NCBI GenBank assembly: GCA_963693365.1
Contig: CAVNZM010000004.1
Span: 3,246,389 to 3,310,388, forward strand
DNA from: Amoebidium appalachense
Lineage: Eukaryota; Protista; Ichthyosporea
Length of the DNA stretch: 64,000 bases
Direction of reading: 5' to 3'
The notes under the pieces are model-generated. The model saw only the letters and a list, made by a program, of their open reading frames with translations, did no database searches and had not been told where the DNA came from. The position numbers and the translations under genes are program-made. Shown here in pieces: positions 11,736 to 25,508 of the stretch (the first letter of the stretch is position 1; the number at the start of each line of letters is the position of its first letter).

Positions 11736-12889
11736 TCTCTCCACCAACCCCCCTTCTACAACTGGTGCGCCACGGCGCCGGCCTAATTTGCTAAGCTAAT
11801 GGCACCGCCGAGCCCGGGTCTCGATACATGAAACTTCCCAGCCACCACCCACGACGGGTGGTACAAGTGGCACGTGCATCTGTAAATACATGTACATTTG
11901 CAACAGGTGCACAGCTCACGCCCTTGCATTTGACAATCATGCGGTTATGTCGCCCATGCCAGGCTTCCGTGTGTGTGTGTGTGTGTGTGTCGTGTGTCGT
12001 GTCGTGTGTTAAGCTTGATACAGCACACTCAACCATAATGTAAACAAGCAACCGGGTCCTCATGGCACACAGATGCTCGCACTCATTAATTAGTATCAAA
12101 AACACGTCACACACACGCACACACAACACAAAAATACTACCACACCTACAGTAACTGAGATACACCATTCTGTACAACCATGGTGAACTCGGAGCTGCAT
12201 AAAACGTTTGACGGCTATAGTTTGATACATGAAATACATAAGGTAATTTCCTTGGGAGCATATAGTGTCGCAGCATCGTATACACATGCATGATATTGTG
12301 CTGCGCGCGTTAAGGTCCTGGCCGACATGGGTGAAAGAAACACATGTTCAGCCCAGAGTAGGGCTTTTATCTTATGAGAGAATATGGCCTTCTAGGCTAC
12401 ATTCCCCAGCGGCAGAATTAAGAATCCAATCGCAACCAGCACAATCGGGTCTCAAACTGATCAATACAAAAATGAATATTGCACATCATGGCAAAAGTTT
12501 CCTCCGTAACAGTCCAGGTAGATCAGATAAGGGCATCTCTTTGCTATATGGCCAAAACATTCAAAATACGCCATAAACCATATTGATCTTACATCTGTTC
12601 AAAATCTCCCATCCCGAAGACACCTTCAGCTATTCAAATGAAGTCCCGTGGGTCTTTCGTTCAATGGGGCCAAGAAAAAAAAAGAAGAAAAAAAAAAAAA
12701 AGGAGGGGGGGGGGGGGGGGGGGGGAAGCCCCAATACACATTGAATTCTAGTGCTTATGCAACCTCGGTTATGCTATAACATGGCTGTACATAGCTTTGC
12801 GTGTACGTGTACGTGTGTGTGTGTGTGTGTGTGTGTCGTTGCGGGATACAGGTATGTGCAGGGCATGTACATATGTTTGCAGGTCCGGA

Positions 12890-12924
<35 letters not shown>

Positions 12925-13080
12925 CCACACCCCAAATAGTCCACCCAAGGGGTGCCTCACACAACACGCATAGAGACCTATGTTACATAACCCACAAACA
13001 CATAGAAACAGAGATCCCCCCCCCCCACCCCCAACCCTCCCCTTTCTGTCCAACCACTTCTGTTACAAGCCCAGCCTGAC

Positions 13081-13940
13081 CTGCTTCCTAAACAGCCCCC
13101 AGTGCTTCTTGACTGCCGCAGGGTCTGGATTTCCCATGCCCCAGTTGCTGATTGGTGCCCGGTCACGCGATTCCCCACTGCCCTCCACCAACTGCCCGTT
13201 GACCATCACGAACTTCTTCTTGTGCCCTCCCTCGGTCTTGGCTCCTATTTACATGGTAGAGGGGTTGTGGGGGGGGGGGGGGGGGGTAGAGGGGGTTGGG
13301 GTAGAGAAAGGAAGGGGTTGGGGTAGGGGGGATGGGGTGGGGGAGAGGGGGGGGGTGGGACCAGTGTGGAGGAAAAGAGATAGCTTTCTGTTTATCGACA
13401 AATAATCCAGATAGTTGAGGAACACGGAAGGGAGAGCTATACATTTTTTGTGCGTTTGCGCAATGCACGAAAACAGCAGTGGTGGACATATGGGCATTTT
13501 GTGGGTGTGGGGAGTGTTGCGCATGTGGGGCGTTTCTTTCATTTCATCGGGATAAAAACAAATATGAATAGGTGAGCTGGTGTTGTATATGAAAGCTAAC
13601 CGGGCTCTGGGAGGGAACGGGTGTGCGCCTAGCTGTGTTTACGTAGCTGTGGGTGGGCGTGTATGTTCATTTAGGTGCGGCATTGAGTGAGTGAGTGAGT
13701 GAGCGAGTGAATGAGTGAGTGAGTGAGTGAGCGAGTGAGTCTGTGTTTGTGTGCGATTGAGTCTGCGCATATGTGTGTAGTCCTCGTGGGTGCACACTTA
13801 AAAAAGGCAGAGTCTCGGGGGAAGGCGGGAGAGGGGGGCGGCGAGGGGGGGGGGGGGGGGGACAGGGAGGGAGAGAGAGAGGGAAAGGGAAGGGGAGAGG
13901 AAGATGGGGAGAGAGAGAGAGGGGGAATGGGGAGAGGAAG

Positions 13941-14016
<76 letters not shown>

Positions 14017-14033
14017 GGAGAGAGAGGGACAGA

Positions 14034-14123
<90 letters not shown>

Positions 14124-14171
14124 AAAAGGAAGGGGGGGAGGGGAGGGGAGGGGGGAGGGGGGGAGGGGGGA

Positions 14172-14212
<41 letters not shown>

Positions 14213-14617
14213 CAGACCGACAGAGTGGTATGTTTCCACACCTTTCATCCTAGGGGTAACCATCCTCAGATACTTGAGTTTTGCCTCCCCCTCACCCACC
14301 AAAGCATCTATAGCCTTTGGGTCCGTCTCACTTGCATGCATGCGAAACAGCCCACGTGCCTCGGCCCATGCCCCATGTCGTTGCAATTCATTGGGCATCA
14401 GGTAGATCTGCACCCACACAGCGTCAGTGCCATGCATGACCTTAAGCCAATGGCCGTGGCTAGCACTGCTGAAAAACAAAAATCAGCACGGGGTGAAAAA
14501 ACGGGAGACTTGTTTAATGCGCACGTGTGTCACTAAGTCTCTTAAATGCATATTTACTTGTAGAAGTAGTAGTGTTTTTCTTTCTTTCTTTCTTTCTTTT
14601 TTTTTGTGTGTGTGTGT

Positions 14618-14674
<57 letters not shown>

Positions 14675-14887
14675 TTTGAATGCGGAACACGGTACGAAGT
14701 ACGCATACACGAAGGACACATGCAAAGGCAAACATTCAAGTATGCAACATCAGCCATGCGCACAGTATGCGTCATAAGCAGAGCCCATCCTCAGGGAGGG
14801 CCCAAGTCATCAATTGCGTCTGAGTTTCGACCCCTTAGCCCACGTAAATACGACTCTCCAACTCAGACAGCAGCATCAACTGAACTT

Positions 14888-14930
<43 letters not shown>

Positions 14931-15106
14931 ACTGCACACACAAAAAAAGGTGTGACCCCCACCCACACAACCACCCAATCTTTACACAAAAAATAAGACG
15001 CATAAAACAGGCACACTCAGGCCTCCATAGGGTTTGTGTGTATGAATTCGTGTCCGTGTGCCTCTCTCTCTCTCCCCCTCTCCCCCCCTTCCTTCCCCCC
15101 CCCCCT

Positions 15107-15197
<91 letters not shown>

Positions 15198-15853
15198 TGC
15201 ATGTCTGTGTGTGTGTTTACATGTAGTTTATCCACCACAGTACGAAGTACAAAAAACATTACGACACACACAGCACAATGAATATCATAACATGCAAAAG
15301 CAAGCACACATCCAGAAAACACACCATCAAAGCTCCAGGGGATAGGTGACGGGGGGCACGGTTAACAGCCAAAATACATGTAAAAAGCCTCAAAAACCAA
15401 ATTCAAAAAAATGTTGTAGTCAGGGGAAAGAGCAGGTGGAAGGAAATTGATGCCCCTACCCTGGCACAACAGGTTGTAGGACCAAAATGCCCCCCCCCCC
15501 CCCCCCCCCCCCCCCTCTCTCTCTCTCTCTCTTCCACGAGGTCCCCACCTCCACCAAACATACACACACCATCCATCCTCCCACACGCTTCTCTCAACAT
15601 GGCGAAAAAAAGATATCAGGAAATACAGCCTGCAAGGGCACCCACTTAGAGCCTTGGCAATACCCAAAGAATGCCTTTTCCCCTACAGTTTATGCTTGTA
15701 TTTCAATAACCATTAACTAAAACCACTGCAAAAGACACCACACATTCATGCGAGACACCCGAATTTGACAAAATGGGCAAGGAGGGGAGGGTCAAGGGTT
15801 ACCTGGCGTAGAATATTGCGATAGAGACGCAGAACTTGCTGTGCAGTCGACAT
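13081..15853 (-). CDS. LYR-motif (Complex1_LYR) protein; exons 15853-15803, 14407-14242, 13244-13081; terminal exon not resolved (possibly near 11.8 kb)
   Basis: MSTAQQVLRLYRNILRQ/IYLMPNELQRHGAWAEARGLFRMHASETDPKAIDALVGEGEAKLKYLRMVTPRMK/GAKTEGGHKKKFVMVNGQLVEG...NPDPAAVKKHWGLFRKQ. Shows the LYR tripeptide, the downstream R..F and ETD...I motifs, and phase-compatible GT-AG sites. Confidence 0.82.
14675..14889 (-). repeat. Structured intronic repeat, subfamily A, 5'-truncated copy (intron 1 of the LYR gene)
   Basis: Matches 61671-61890 apart from a short internal deletion and a few substitutions; flanked by long G runs on both sides. Confidence 0.9.
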
Positions 15854-16055
15854 GGTGGCGCACTGGTTTAAAAAAAAAAAACAAAAAAACAAAAAAAAAC
15901 AAACAAAGAAAAGCTCGTCAGAGAAAGGGTTAAAAACGATAACAATGTGGTGTCTGCTCCACCGTTGGAATGCATGGAGAGATACTTAGTCACACATTCT
16001 TATCTGACGTTACAACAAACGGATCTGTGAGTGGAGTATAGAGTACACGGTGTGT

Positions 16056-16086
<31 letters not shown>

Positions 16087-16115
16087 GGGGGGGGGGGAGA
16101 TAGGCAGAGAGAAAG

Positions 16116-16156
<41 letters not shown>

Positions 16157-16212
16157 AAGACATAGACACACGAACACGCGTGCACACGCACACGTACACA
16201 CAGATTCGCACC

Positions 16213-16285
<73 letters not shown>

Positions 16286-16302
16286 CCCCTCCCTCCCCCC
16301 TC

Positions 16303-16333
<31 letters not shown>

Positions 16334-16756
16334 ATCCCCCTTTCCGTCCATACAGCCGCTCGTCCGGCTGGATCAGAGAATAAGCAGAACATTCGTAAGC
16401 AAACACACATCGATGGGAATTGAAGTCTTGAAGCACCAGTAGACTATAGACTTGTGTGCATACGGATTGTGCAAGACGGAAAAAGGGGAAAAGCCAGGAA
16501 GCACGGATTCAAAATTCCAACAGCGCACGAGGGGACAAACCAACACCTGAATGTGACTACACTCCACCCGGAGGGGGGGGGGAGGGGGGGGGGAGGGGGG
16601 GGGGGGGTCACACTTCTTAGCATCAGGGGACGGAGAGGCGGGAGCAAGCTCTTCTTTACAACCGGCTGTAAACCAGCGGAGAGGGGGCGCAGGGGAGGGA
16701 GGGGGGGGGAGGGGGGGGGAGAAAGAGAGGGGGGGGGGGGAGGGGGGGAGGGGAGG

Positions 16757-16787
<31 letters not shown>

Positions 16788-16805
16788 GGGAGGAGAGGGG
16801 GGGGG

Positions 16806-16860
<55 letters not shown>

Positions 16861-16981
16861 CAATTCGGAGGGAAGGAGGAAGGGAGATAAAGAAAGGGGG
16901 GGGGGGGGGAAGGGGAGAGGGGGGGGGGGGGGGGGGAGCAGAGAGAAAGGTAGAGCGAGAGAGGGATAGAGACAGAGAGAA

Positions 16982-17160
16982 CGAGGTAAGGGAACGGGGA
17001 GTGAGGAGGGGGAGAGAGGAAGAGGGAGAGGGGGGAGGGAGATAGAGGGTGGGAAAGGAGTGGGGGGGAGAGCGAGGTAAGGGAACGGGGAGTGAGGAGG
17101 GGGAGAGAGGTAGAGGGAGAGGGGGGAGGGAGATAGAGGGTGGGAAAGGAGTGGGGGGGA
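16982..17160. repeat. ~89-bp purine-rich direct tandem duplication inside a GA-rich tract
   Basis: cgaggtaagggaacggggagtgaggagggggagagag...gatagagggtgggaaaggagtggggggga occurs twice. Confidence 0.7.
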
Positions 17161-17362
17161 GAGGGGGCGTTGGGGGAGAGAGGGGGGGGACAGCGGTGGA
17201 AGGAGAGAGAGACGACGGGGGACAGAGGGGGGGGAGGGAGGGAGGGGAATAGGGAGAGAGGGAGGGAGGGAGGGAGACAGAGGCGGAGAGGGGGATGGAG
17301 AAAGAGAAAAGGAAGAGAGGGGGGGAGAGAGAGGGAGGGAGGGAGGGAGGGAGAGAGAGAGG

Positions 17363-17405
<43 letters not shown>

Positions 17406-17412
17406 GGAGAGG

Positions 17413-17470
<58 letters not shown>

Positions 17471-19374
17471 GGAGAAAGAGAGAGAGGGGGGGGGCAAGGG
17501 AGAGAGAGGGAGAGAAAGGAGGGGGGGGGGGGGGGGGAGGGAGGGGAGGGGGGAGAGAGAGGGGGAAGGGGGGAGGGGTGGAGGGGCGGAGGGGGAAAGG
17601 GGGGGGGGGGGGGGGGGGGGGGGGGAGGGAGGGGAGGGAGGGGGGGGCGCAGCAGAAATGCCACGTATCAAGGGCTAGCAAGAAATTGATGAAAACGGAA
17701 GGACACACGGAAAAAAGGGAAAGAAAACAGGGAAAAGAACCAGGAATGGTGGTGATTTGCGGGTTGAACAAGAAGGAACCGGAGAGGGGGGAGGGAGGGG
17801 AGGGAGGGAGAGGGGGTCCGGTTGGGACGGGTGGAGGAAGGGGGAGGGGGGGGGGGGGGAGGGGGGAGGGGGAGGGTGGCATATAGAAAAGAAGGGTTTG
17901 AATGTGCAGATCAGACACAGCCAGCAAGGGAAGGACAACGACAGACACGGTACCGAAAAACTAACCTACCTTTGTCTTGGCTTAATTTGGTTCTGTTCTC
18001 CCTATCCCCCTTGAACAGCTTCTATGCTTTCACCTGCCCCAGTAAATTAAGACTGATAATTAGACGTGTAACACACGACAGTACTTTAATGATGCTAATT
18101 ATATTTGTAGGAACATCACCGTTTCTCGGTCTCAGGGTCCTTTCAGTGAGTCTCACACCGTGCAGGACCGACTCAAATTGATTCCCAGCCTCGGTCGGAG
18201 GCTGGGTTTTAGGAGATAGAGTGGGGTATGGGGGGAGAAAGGACTGAGCTGTTTGCCGGCAATCAGCTAGCAGAATAGATGGTGGGGACCTCCAATCAGG
18301 TGCGCTAATCTAACCGAATCTAGGAGAGTGGCGTTCCTTTTTGGACCTTTTGACCAATTAAAAACCTTGGGAAAAAGGCAAAGCTTACCGGGCTAAAGGT
18401 TTTGGTGACATTAATCAAAAACGGCATTGTGTGATTGGTGCATTGAAAGTTAGATCACCCGTCGACAATTGTAGATTGCTGATTGGCCATCGGAACTTTA
18501 ATTGGATTAAATTATAGAAAACGCAGCCGCATGAATCTATAAAACATGTGATCGTCTGCCAATCACCTATTCTACCGAGATCTGTAGCGATGTATTCCGC
18601 ATCGTGACGCTATTGCACAAGATCGCCATCGATCGAAGATACCAGTTAGTTCTGGCGAGGCGAGCGAAGCCAGCCGCGCCGGGGCGAACGCCGAGCCGAG
18701 CGCAGGCGAGGCTCGGCAGTGAGCCTGGACGACCGAGGCTGGGCTCACAGGTATGGCGTAGCCATTGAGCTCATTTATTAGAACTCAGAGCACGAACTTT
18801 AAACTGGTGAGAACATAGCGGAGGTTGTGATTCGTAAAAAATAAATATAGTCATGCATGCTAATGTGCGCTTATTTGGTCCTTGCTTGTGATTGGCTTGT
18901 CATGCAGCTGATTACGCTATCGTCGGTTGACCCGAGTCAGTCCTGTTCTCAGTGACTTGAGTATTGTAAGCTTTTCCGTTTGTGCCTATATACAGGGATA
19001 TACATGTACTTATATTCTAGTATGAATAAACAGTGCAACAGTGAGCAAAAATTTATTTATGCACCGCAGTACGCACTACTTTCCGTGCTCGGATCTGTGT
19101 GAAATTCCATGCCTCTTTAGTTTAGAGTGGTGCGCGTTCATCCAATCATCTGCTGCTTTACAAATTCCACAGCCAGCCACGCACCGTCCCGTTTTGTGCC
19201 GAACCAAAGCACCTTGGAGGGGCAGCCAAAGCCTTGAAGTCACAGGTCGACACACACATAGTAGAAGTGCAGTTTTTCTTTTTCTTTCTGTTTTCTTGCT
19301 AGGAAAAACACTGTTCTGACGAGATTTCTTAGTGAGAGATTTGTTAAGAAAGTAAGCCATTGACAGTTGTGAAG

Positions 19375-20186
19375 ATGGCAGCACCAGCAGCTACAGCCCA
19401 GGCCGGAGGCCTCATCCACAAGAAGATGGTGGTTGTGGGTGATGGTGCTTGTGGCAAAACCTGCTTGCTTATCAGAATAGCTCAGCAGAAGTTCTTGACC
19501 GACAAGTATGTTCCTACCGTTTTTGAGAACTACGCCACCACTCAGACTGTCGACGGCAAGCAGGTAGGCCCTCAGATCTATCCATGTGAGGGGGGGTTCT
19601 CTTTCCTCTGTGGGAATCTCGGGGAGGCACCATGTGGGTACTTGCTTGTGTGACTTTCCTTGATTGTAGAAACATTCCTAATAAGCAACTTTTTACGGAA
19701 GACAACGTGAAAACAGGATTTTTGAATTTGCTTTGAAGACTGTGGCAACTTTGCGTCTTGCAACCGTGTGTGACTTGCCCGACAGATCTGTTATACCCTG
19801 CTGAACTTCCAAGCATCTAACCTAAGGCCCAGTCTGAGTCAAAGTCGGTTCACAAACGCATATTTTCTCTGGAGCTACACACTTCTCTAGACTGAAGCAC
19901 GGTCATGTGGTGTTTGTTTTGTTTGTTATTCTTCGAACCCAATTTTACACTACTTTTTTTTGTTGCACACGTGCCTCAGAGTCTCTATACGGAAAGCACA
20001 ACATGGACTGAGGCAGTAAGGACTAGCTTCACAGTTCACCTCTCGTAGCTTTGGGCTTGGATTGGTTTGATTTGCACCTCTGTGGTGTGTGTTTGTGTGG
20101 TAAGTTGTGTGTGTGTACCCAGCCTGCATGTGTAGGTGAAGGGGTGGGAGAGGGGGTGTGTGGGGGGTGGGGAGGGGGGGTACGGT

Positions 20187-20228
<42 letters not shown>

Positions 20229-20804
20229 CTCCTTGTTATCGGGGGGGGTGGGATTATGGATGGGGTGGGGGTGTGTGTAGGAGGGAGGCGGGGGGGTGGG
20301 GGGAGGCCGGGGGAGGTCCAAGGAGGGGGGCTAACTGATTCCCTACTCTTTTGGGACGGGACGGGGGACAGCCGGGGTGGTGGGGTGGGGGGGGGAAGGG
20401 GAGGGGACAAATTGAGGTTTGGTATGCTTCGGGCAACTGAAGAGGGTGGGGGAAGAATCTTAGTGTATGAGGTACTACTAGTAGATGAAGTGTGTATGCT
20501 CTTGTGAAAATGCGCGCACGATGAACGTGTGCGTGTGCTTTCTCCGGCTGCGTGCCTATGTGTGTTTATGATTTTTGGGAGGATGCCTTGGAGTTTGGGG
20601 CTGGTCCAGGAAACGAACTGTAATATCTAGTCGGTTGGGTGTGTTAATGGGAGGGAAATTGTGGTGCAATTTTTGGGATGATATCTGGATAACAGTTAGA
20701 CGTGTAGCTTTTCCTTATTGGTCGACCTCTAGTGTTATGGCAAATGATAAGGGAACTGAGGGCTCGAGTTAGAGGAGGAGGCAGAGGGTTAGGGGCTGGG
20801 GGAA

Positions 20805-20840
<36 letters not shown>

Positions 20841-21235
20841 GGGGGGGGGGGTGGATAGTGAACGAGCTGAAGAGGTGCGAGTGTTATGTAGAGTGTTTGC
20901 CGATGGTGATGGTGGTCGGGGAAGGTATGGAAGAGAGGGGGCAGGGGATATGGGGGGGGGGGGGGGGGGGGAAGATAGAGAGAAAGGGGAGGTGTGTGTG
21001 TGTGTGTGTGGGAGGGGGGGGGGGGGGAGGGGGGGGGGGGGGCAGATTAATATTACTTTGAAACTAGTAGATTGGGAGTAGACATGGCAAAAGGGTGGGG
21101 GAGTCACCGAGGCAGTGATACATGGGCGAAGTTGAGCTGTATGTATAAAGTAAAGTAAACTGACTCCGGAACATTTGAAACTTTTTAAGATCTTGCACTA
21201 AGAGTTTTATTTATGGCAGGGGTGGGTGGGTTTGT

Positions 21236-21286
<51 letters not shown>

Positions 21287-21881
21287 GGGGGGGGGGGTTG
21301 GAAAGCAGCGCAAAGCATTCACAACCGTCTTGAGCAAGCCTTTCATGGCATGTTTTCTCTCCACCAATAATGCAGTGACAACCTCTGTATAAAACTGATA
21401 TGGTTAAATTTATGAGTGCAACCTTAACGTCCGTTAACTTTAATGCACGTTTTACCTTACTCACACGGTTCCCTCCCAGATCGAGCTAGCTCTGTGGGAC
21501 ACAGCCGGGCAGGAAGACTACGACCACATCCGGCCGCTGTCCTACCCCAACGCCAACGTTGTGCTGATGTGCTACTCGGTTGACAACATCGAATCCCTCG
21601 AAAACGTCAAGGACAAGTGGGTTATCGAGGTGAAGCACCACGCACCCGGTGTCCCATATATTCTGTGCGGTCTGAAAAAGGATCTGAGGGGAAATCCGGC
21701 CACGGCAGCTAAGGAGGTGTCACCTGAGAAGGGGCAGGAGGTTGCCGATGAGATTGGGGCTGCGGCGTATGTGGAGTGCTCGGCTAAAACGGACGAAAAT
21801 GTGGGCGTGGTGCTTGAAAAGGCTATCCGTACGGCACTGGCGTTTAAACCTAAAAAGGGCGGCAAGTGCACTGTGCTATAA
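19375..21881 (+). CDS. Rho-family small GTPase (RhoA/Rho1-related); exons 19375-19563 and 21480-21881
   Basis: [16 protein letters not shown] (P-loop), YVPTVFENY (switch I), [22 protein letters not shown] (switch II), LKKDLR, ECSAKT, polybasic tail and CAAX box CTVL; one phase-0 GT-AG intron. Confidence 0.96.
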
Positions 21882-22591
21882 TATCATTCGATCGGAACTA
21901 GCGAATCTTATATTTGGTGCCATGTGCTAGATCATGGATGTACGTGACGAGTATGTGTGCTTTGGCAGAGCGCATGTGAATGCAGAAACAGTTTGCAGTT
22001 CTCGTTATAGATGTTGCTTTGTTATACGTATGTTTTTTCCATGAGTCGAATTTATCAACCGTAATTTTCCAGTCTGGTTTCAGCACTAAAAGACAGATAG
22101 ACCTGCCGTTTTCTCTCATACTGCATTCATGCATACACAACTTTTGACAACAACACCTTAATTGAAAAGGTAGATATGGAACTCTTGCCGGGTACAGTTG
22201 CGTCCACCAAAAAAAAAAAAAAAGATTTGCACACAGGGTGATGATCGTATAGAAATTTCGATCGGTCTGCCCGTGACTTTGCGAGAGTTCCGCATGTCCA
22301 GCAGCAGAGGAGAGATTTATTTGTGTACGACAAATTGTTCGTCTATTTCATAGCCATAGTCAGATGATTTTTACAATGCCCATTTTCAATCTGTACGTCC
22401 ACATATATACCATTCAGCACCTCACAAAGATACTCTTCAGTCAAACCATATCAAAGGAACATACATTCACTTACACTGATTCATAATTTCCTTCACATTA
22501 TCACAATTCAACGTTTACAACCTATTCAAGAGTCTTTCAGTTACTGTAGTTTGCAGCGCGGCGCAGGCGTGGAGGCAAATTTGTAGGCCCC

Positions 22592-22833
22592 CTAGATGAG
22601 TGTGTCTGTGTTGTGTTGTGTTTCCCCACTCGGTGCATATGTGGAGGCATGTGTCTTCTGGTATCCGTAATAGTCTTGGCTGGGTTGCCCCCGAGAGAAT
22701 CCCCCTCCCTGCCCCCTACCCCCCCTCCCCCCTCCCCGCACGTATGTGGATGGTTCGGCAATTCCACCCGGACCTTCGTGTGCAAAGCGGCAGCGGCTGC
22801 CCAAGTGGCAGATGCCCTGTGGCCAGAACTTGC

Positions 22834-22872
<39 letters not shown>

Positions 22873-22887
22873 GTGGGTGGTGGTGGT

Positions 22888-22927
<40 letters not shown>

Positions 22928-23075
22928 GGGAGGGAGGGGGGGAGGGGGGGGGGGGGGAGGGAGGGAGGACGGGGGGATTAATTGCTTTTTATATGTGCGA
23001 ACCCTCATGAACGTGCATGTAAAGCTTGAATTGGTTACCATGATTTTGCAGTGAACGGGATATGCTCTAAGGGTG

Positions 23076-23157
<82 letters not shown>

Positions 23158-24994
23158 GTTCAATCGGTTGTCCCCCCCCTTCCCCCCCCCCCCCCCCCCC
23201 CCCCCGCACCCCCCTTCCCCCATGTCGTATGTTACAAAAAAAACCAGTTCAAATTCCATCAACTTTTTTGAGCAGGAGAAGAGAATTGGGGGGGGGGGGG
23301 GGGGGGGGGGAGGGGAGGAGGAGGGGGGGGGGGGGGGTATACTATGCGAGGGGTGTATATCTGTGGCTCGGGAGGCTCGGGCTCCTCTTCCACTTGCACC
23401 TGCTCTGGTGCCGGGCCTGGCTGGGATTCAGGAGACTGGGTGCGCACTAGTAGACGAATGGCCGCATCTAGATCCCCCCCACATGCACACACCGCACTCT
23501 CTGCCTGTGCATATTCGAACCCCATCTCACATAACATAAGGGTTTGGCGTTCAATTTCCTCACGTAAAATGGTGGGTTCTGGCGGTGGTTGCGGTGTGGG
23601 ATTCTCGCTTTGTTTGGCTGGTGTGGAGTAATTTTGGTCGGTGGGTATTTTCTGTACCTGTGCAACGGGAATACGTATTGCTACACCCCCTTGGATAACG
23701 ATAAAGTGTGATGTGGGTGCCTCTCCTTGTTCTTGCTTTTTCTCCTGTTTCTTAACTTCAGGTGCAGGCTTTGGTGGTTCTCCTTTCTTTTTCGGTGGGG
23801 TCTGTTTGGTCTCTGTTTGCTTGTTCTCGTTTGCCTTGTTCGGTTCGTTTGTTTTCCCCTTTGCCTTGTTTCCCTTCTCCCCACCCACTTCTTCCTTCGC
23901 CTCCTGTGTTGGTTGTTTTGCAGGGGCTGCCTTTTCAGGCTCTGGTTGATGTGTCTGTGCCTTTTTCTTTTCCTTCTGTCTCTTTTTCTTGTCTGCCTTT
24001 GTTGCCTTTTGCTGTTTTTCTGCCTCCTCTTCCTCCAACAGTGCCTGTGCCATGCGATCTGCAACCTGCCACCCATCTTTATTGGTTGGTGACACCAAAT
24101 GGAAGCCCCCCCCCCCCCCCCCCCCCACCCTCCGTTCCCTCCCAATCCACCCCCCCCCCCCCCCCCCCCCCCCTCCACCAACACACATCCCCCCCACCCC
24201 CCCCACACACATACACACTAGTTTGTCCTTACCAAATCCAAGCACCCCCCACTCACCCCTTCTCTTACTCTTCCACACACACGTATTGGCTGGTTCCACC
24301 AAATGCAAGGGCCCCACCACCCTCGCACCACACACACACACACACGCATACCCCACCCCATGCCACCCTCCCCCCAGACTCTTGCGTGTCGCTTTTTTAT
24401 ATCACGTTAGGTTTATCCATTGCGAGACCATTCTTCACGGTGTGTACCTCATCTCTTCCCCCCTCCCCCCCCCCTCTCCCCACTCCCCCCAGCGCCCCGG
24501 AACGTTCGCCAATACAACCAACCCAACCATGCCACCCCAACCACCCCACGTTCATTGTAACAGGGCTAGTTATGCCCTCCCACAATCCTAAACAAAACAA
24601 CAGGCACTCTAATACCCAGACTTCGTACCACCCCCCCCCCCCCCCCCCCCCTCCAACCCTCCCCCCGCCCCCCCTTCTCCCTTCACGAAACAAACAACGC
24701 ACGCACGCACGCATACTCTCACCCTCACCCCCACCCCCACCTACCCACCCACCCACCCACACCCACACCCACCCAAAACAAAAATAAACTCCATGCACCC
24801 ACTACAGTACGAGGCATTAAGGGCACATACAATGCTGGAGATGGAGTAGAGGTGCTGGTAGGCAGGGGACCCATGGTCACACAGGTCTAGGGGGGTTTGG
24901 CCTCGATCATTGCGGATGGTCAGCGTGGGCCGGGGGTCAAACCGGCTGGTGAAGAGCTTAAGCACGTCCTATTTTTTTTTATTTTTTTTTTTGT

Positions 24995-25030
<36 letters not shown>

Positions 25031-25452
25031 TAATGTTAGATGTACAGCTATGTACGGGAGCAAAATGAAGCTTCGGAAACACACCAAGGTGCACGAGTGT
25101 GTGTGTGTGTATTTGGGGGGGGGAGGGGGGGGGGGGGGGGGTCGGTGAGGGAGGGAGGGAGGGAGGGAGAGAGCGAGGGAAGGAGGGAAGGAGGGGAGTA
25201 GGGAGGGTGAAAGTGGGGAGGGAGGGAGGCAGGGAGGGAGAGGAGAGGGGGAGAGGGGGGAGGGAGAGAGGCAGGGAGGGACGGAGGGAGGGAGGGAGGG
25301 AGGGAGGGAGGGAGGGAGGGAGGGAGAGAGAGTGCGAGAGAGAGAGAGATAGAGAGGGAGAGAGAGAGAGAGAGAGGTGCCGGGGGGGGGGGGGGGGGGG
25401 GGGGGGGAAGCGGTAGGCATGGGGGTTGTATACACAAACCTACATGCATCCC

Positions 25453-25508
<56 letters not shown>

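Noticed and set aside
11791-11880. Definite last exon of the LYR gene
   Set aside because: Several AG acceptors give different short frames and none can be chosen from sequence alone.
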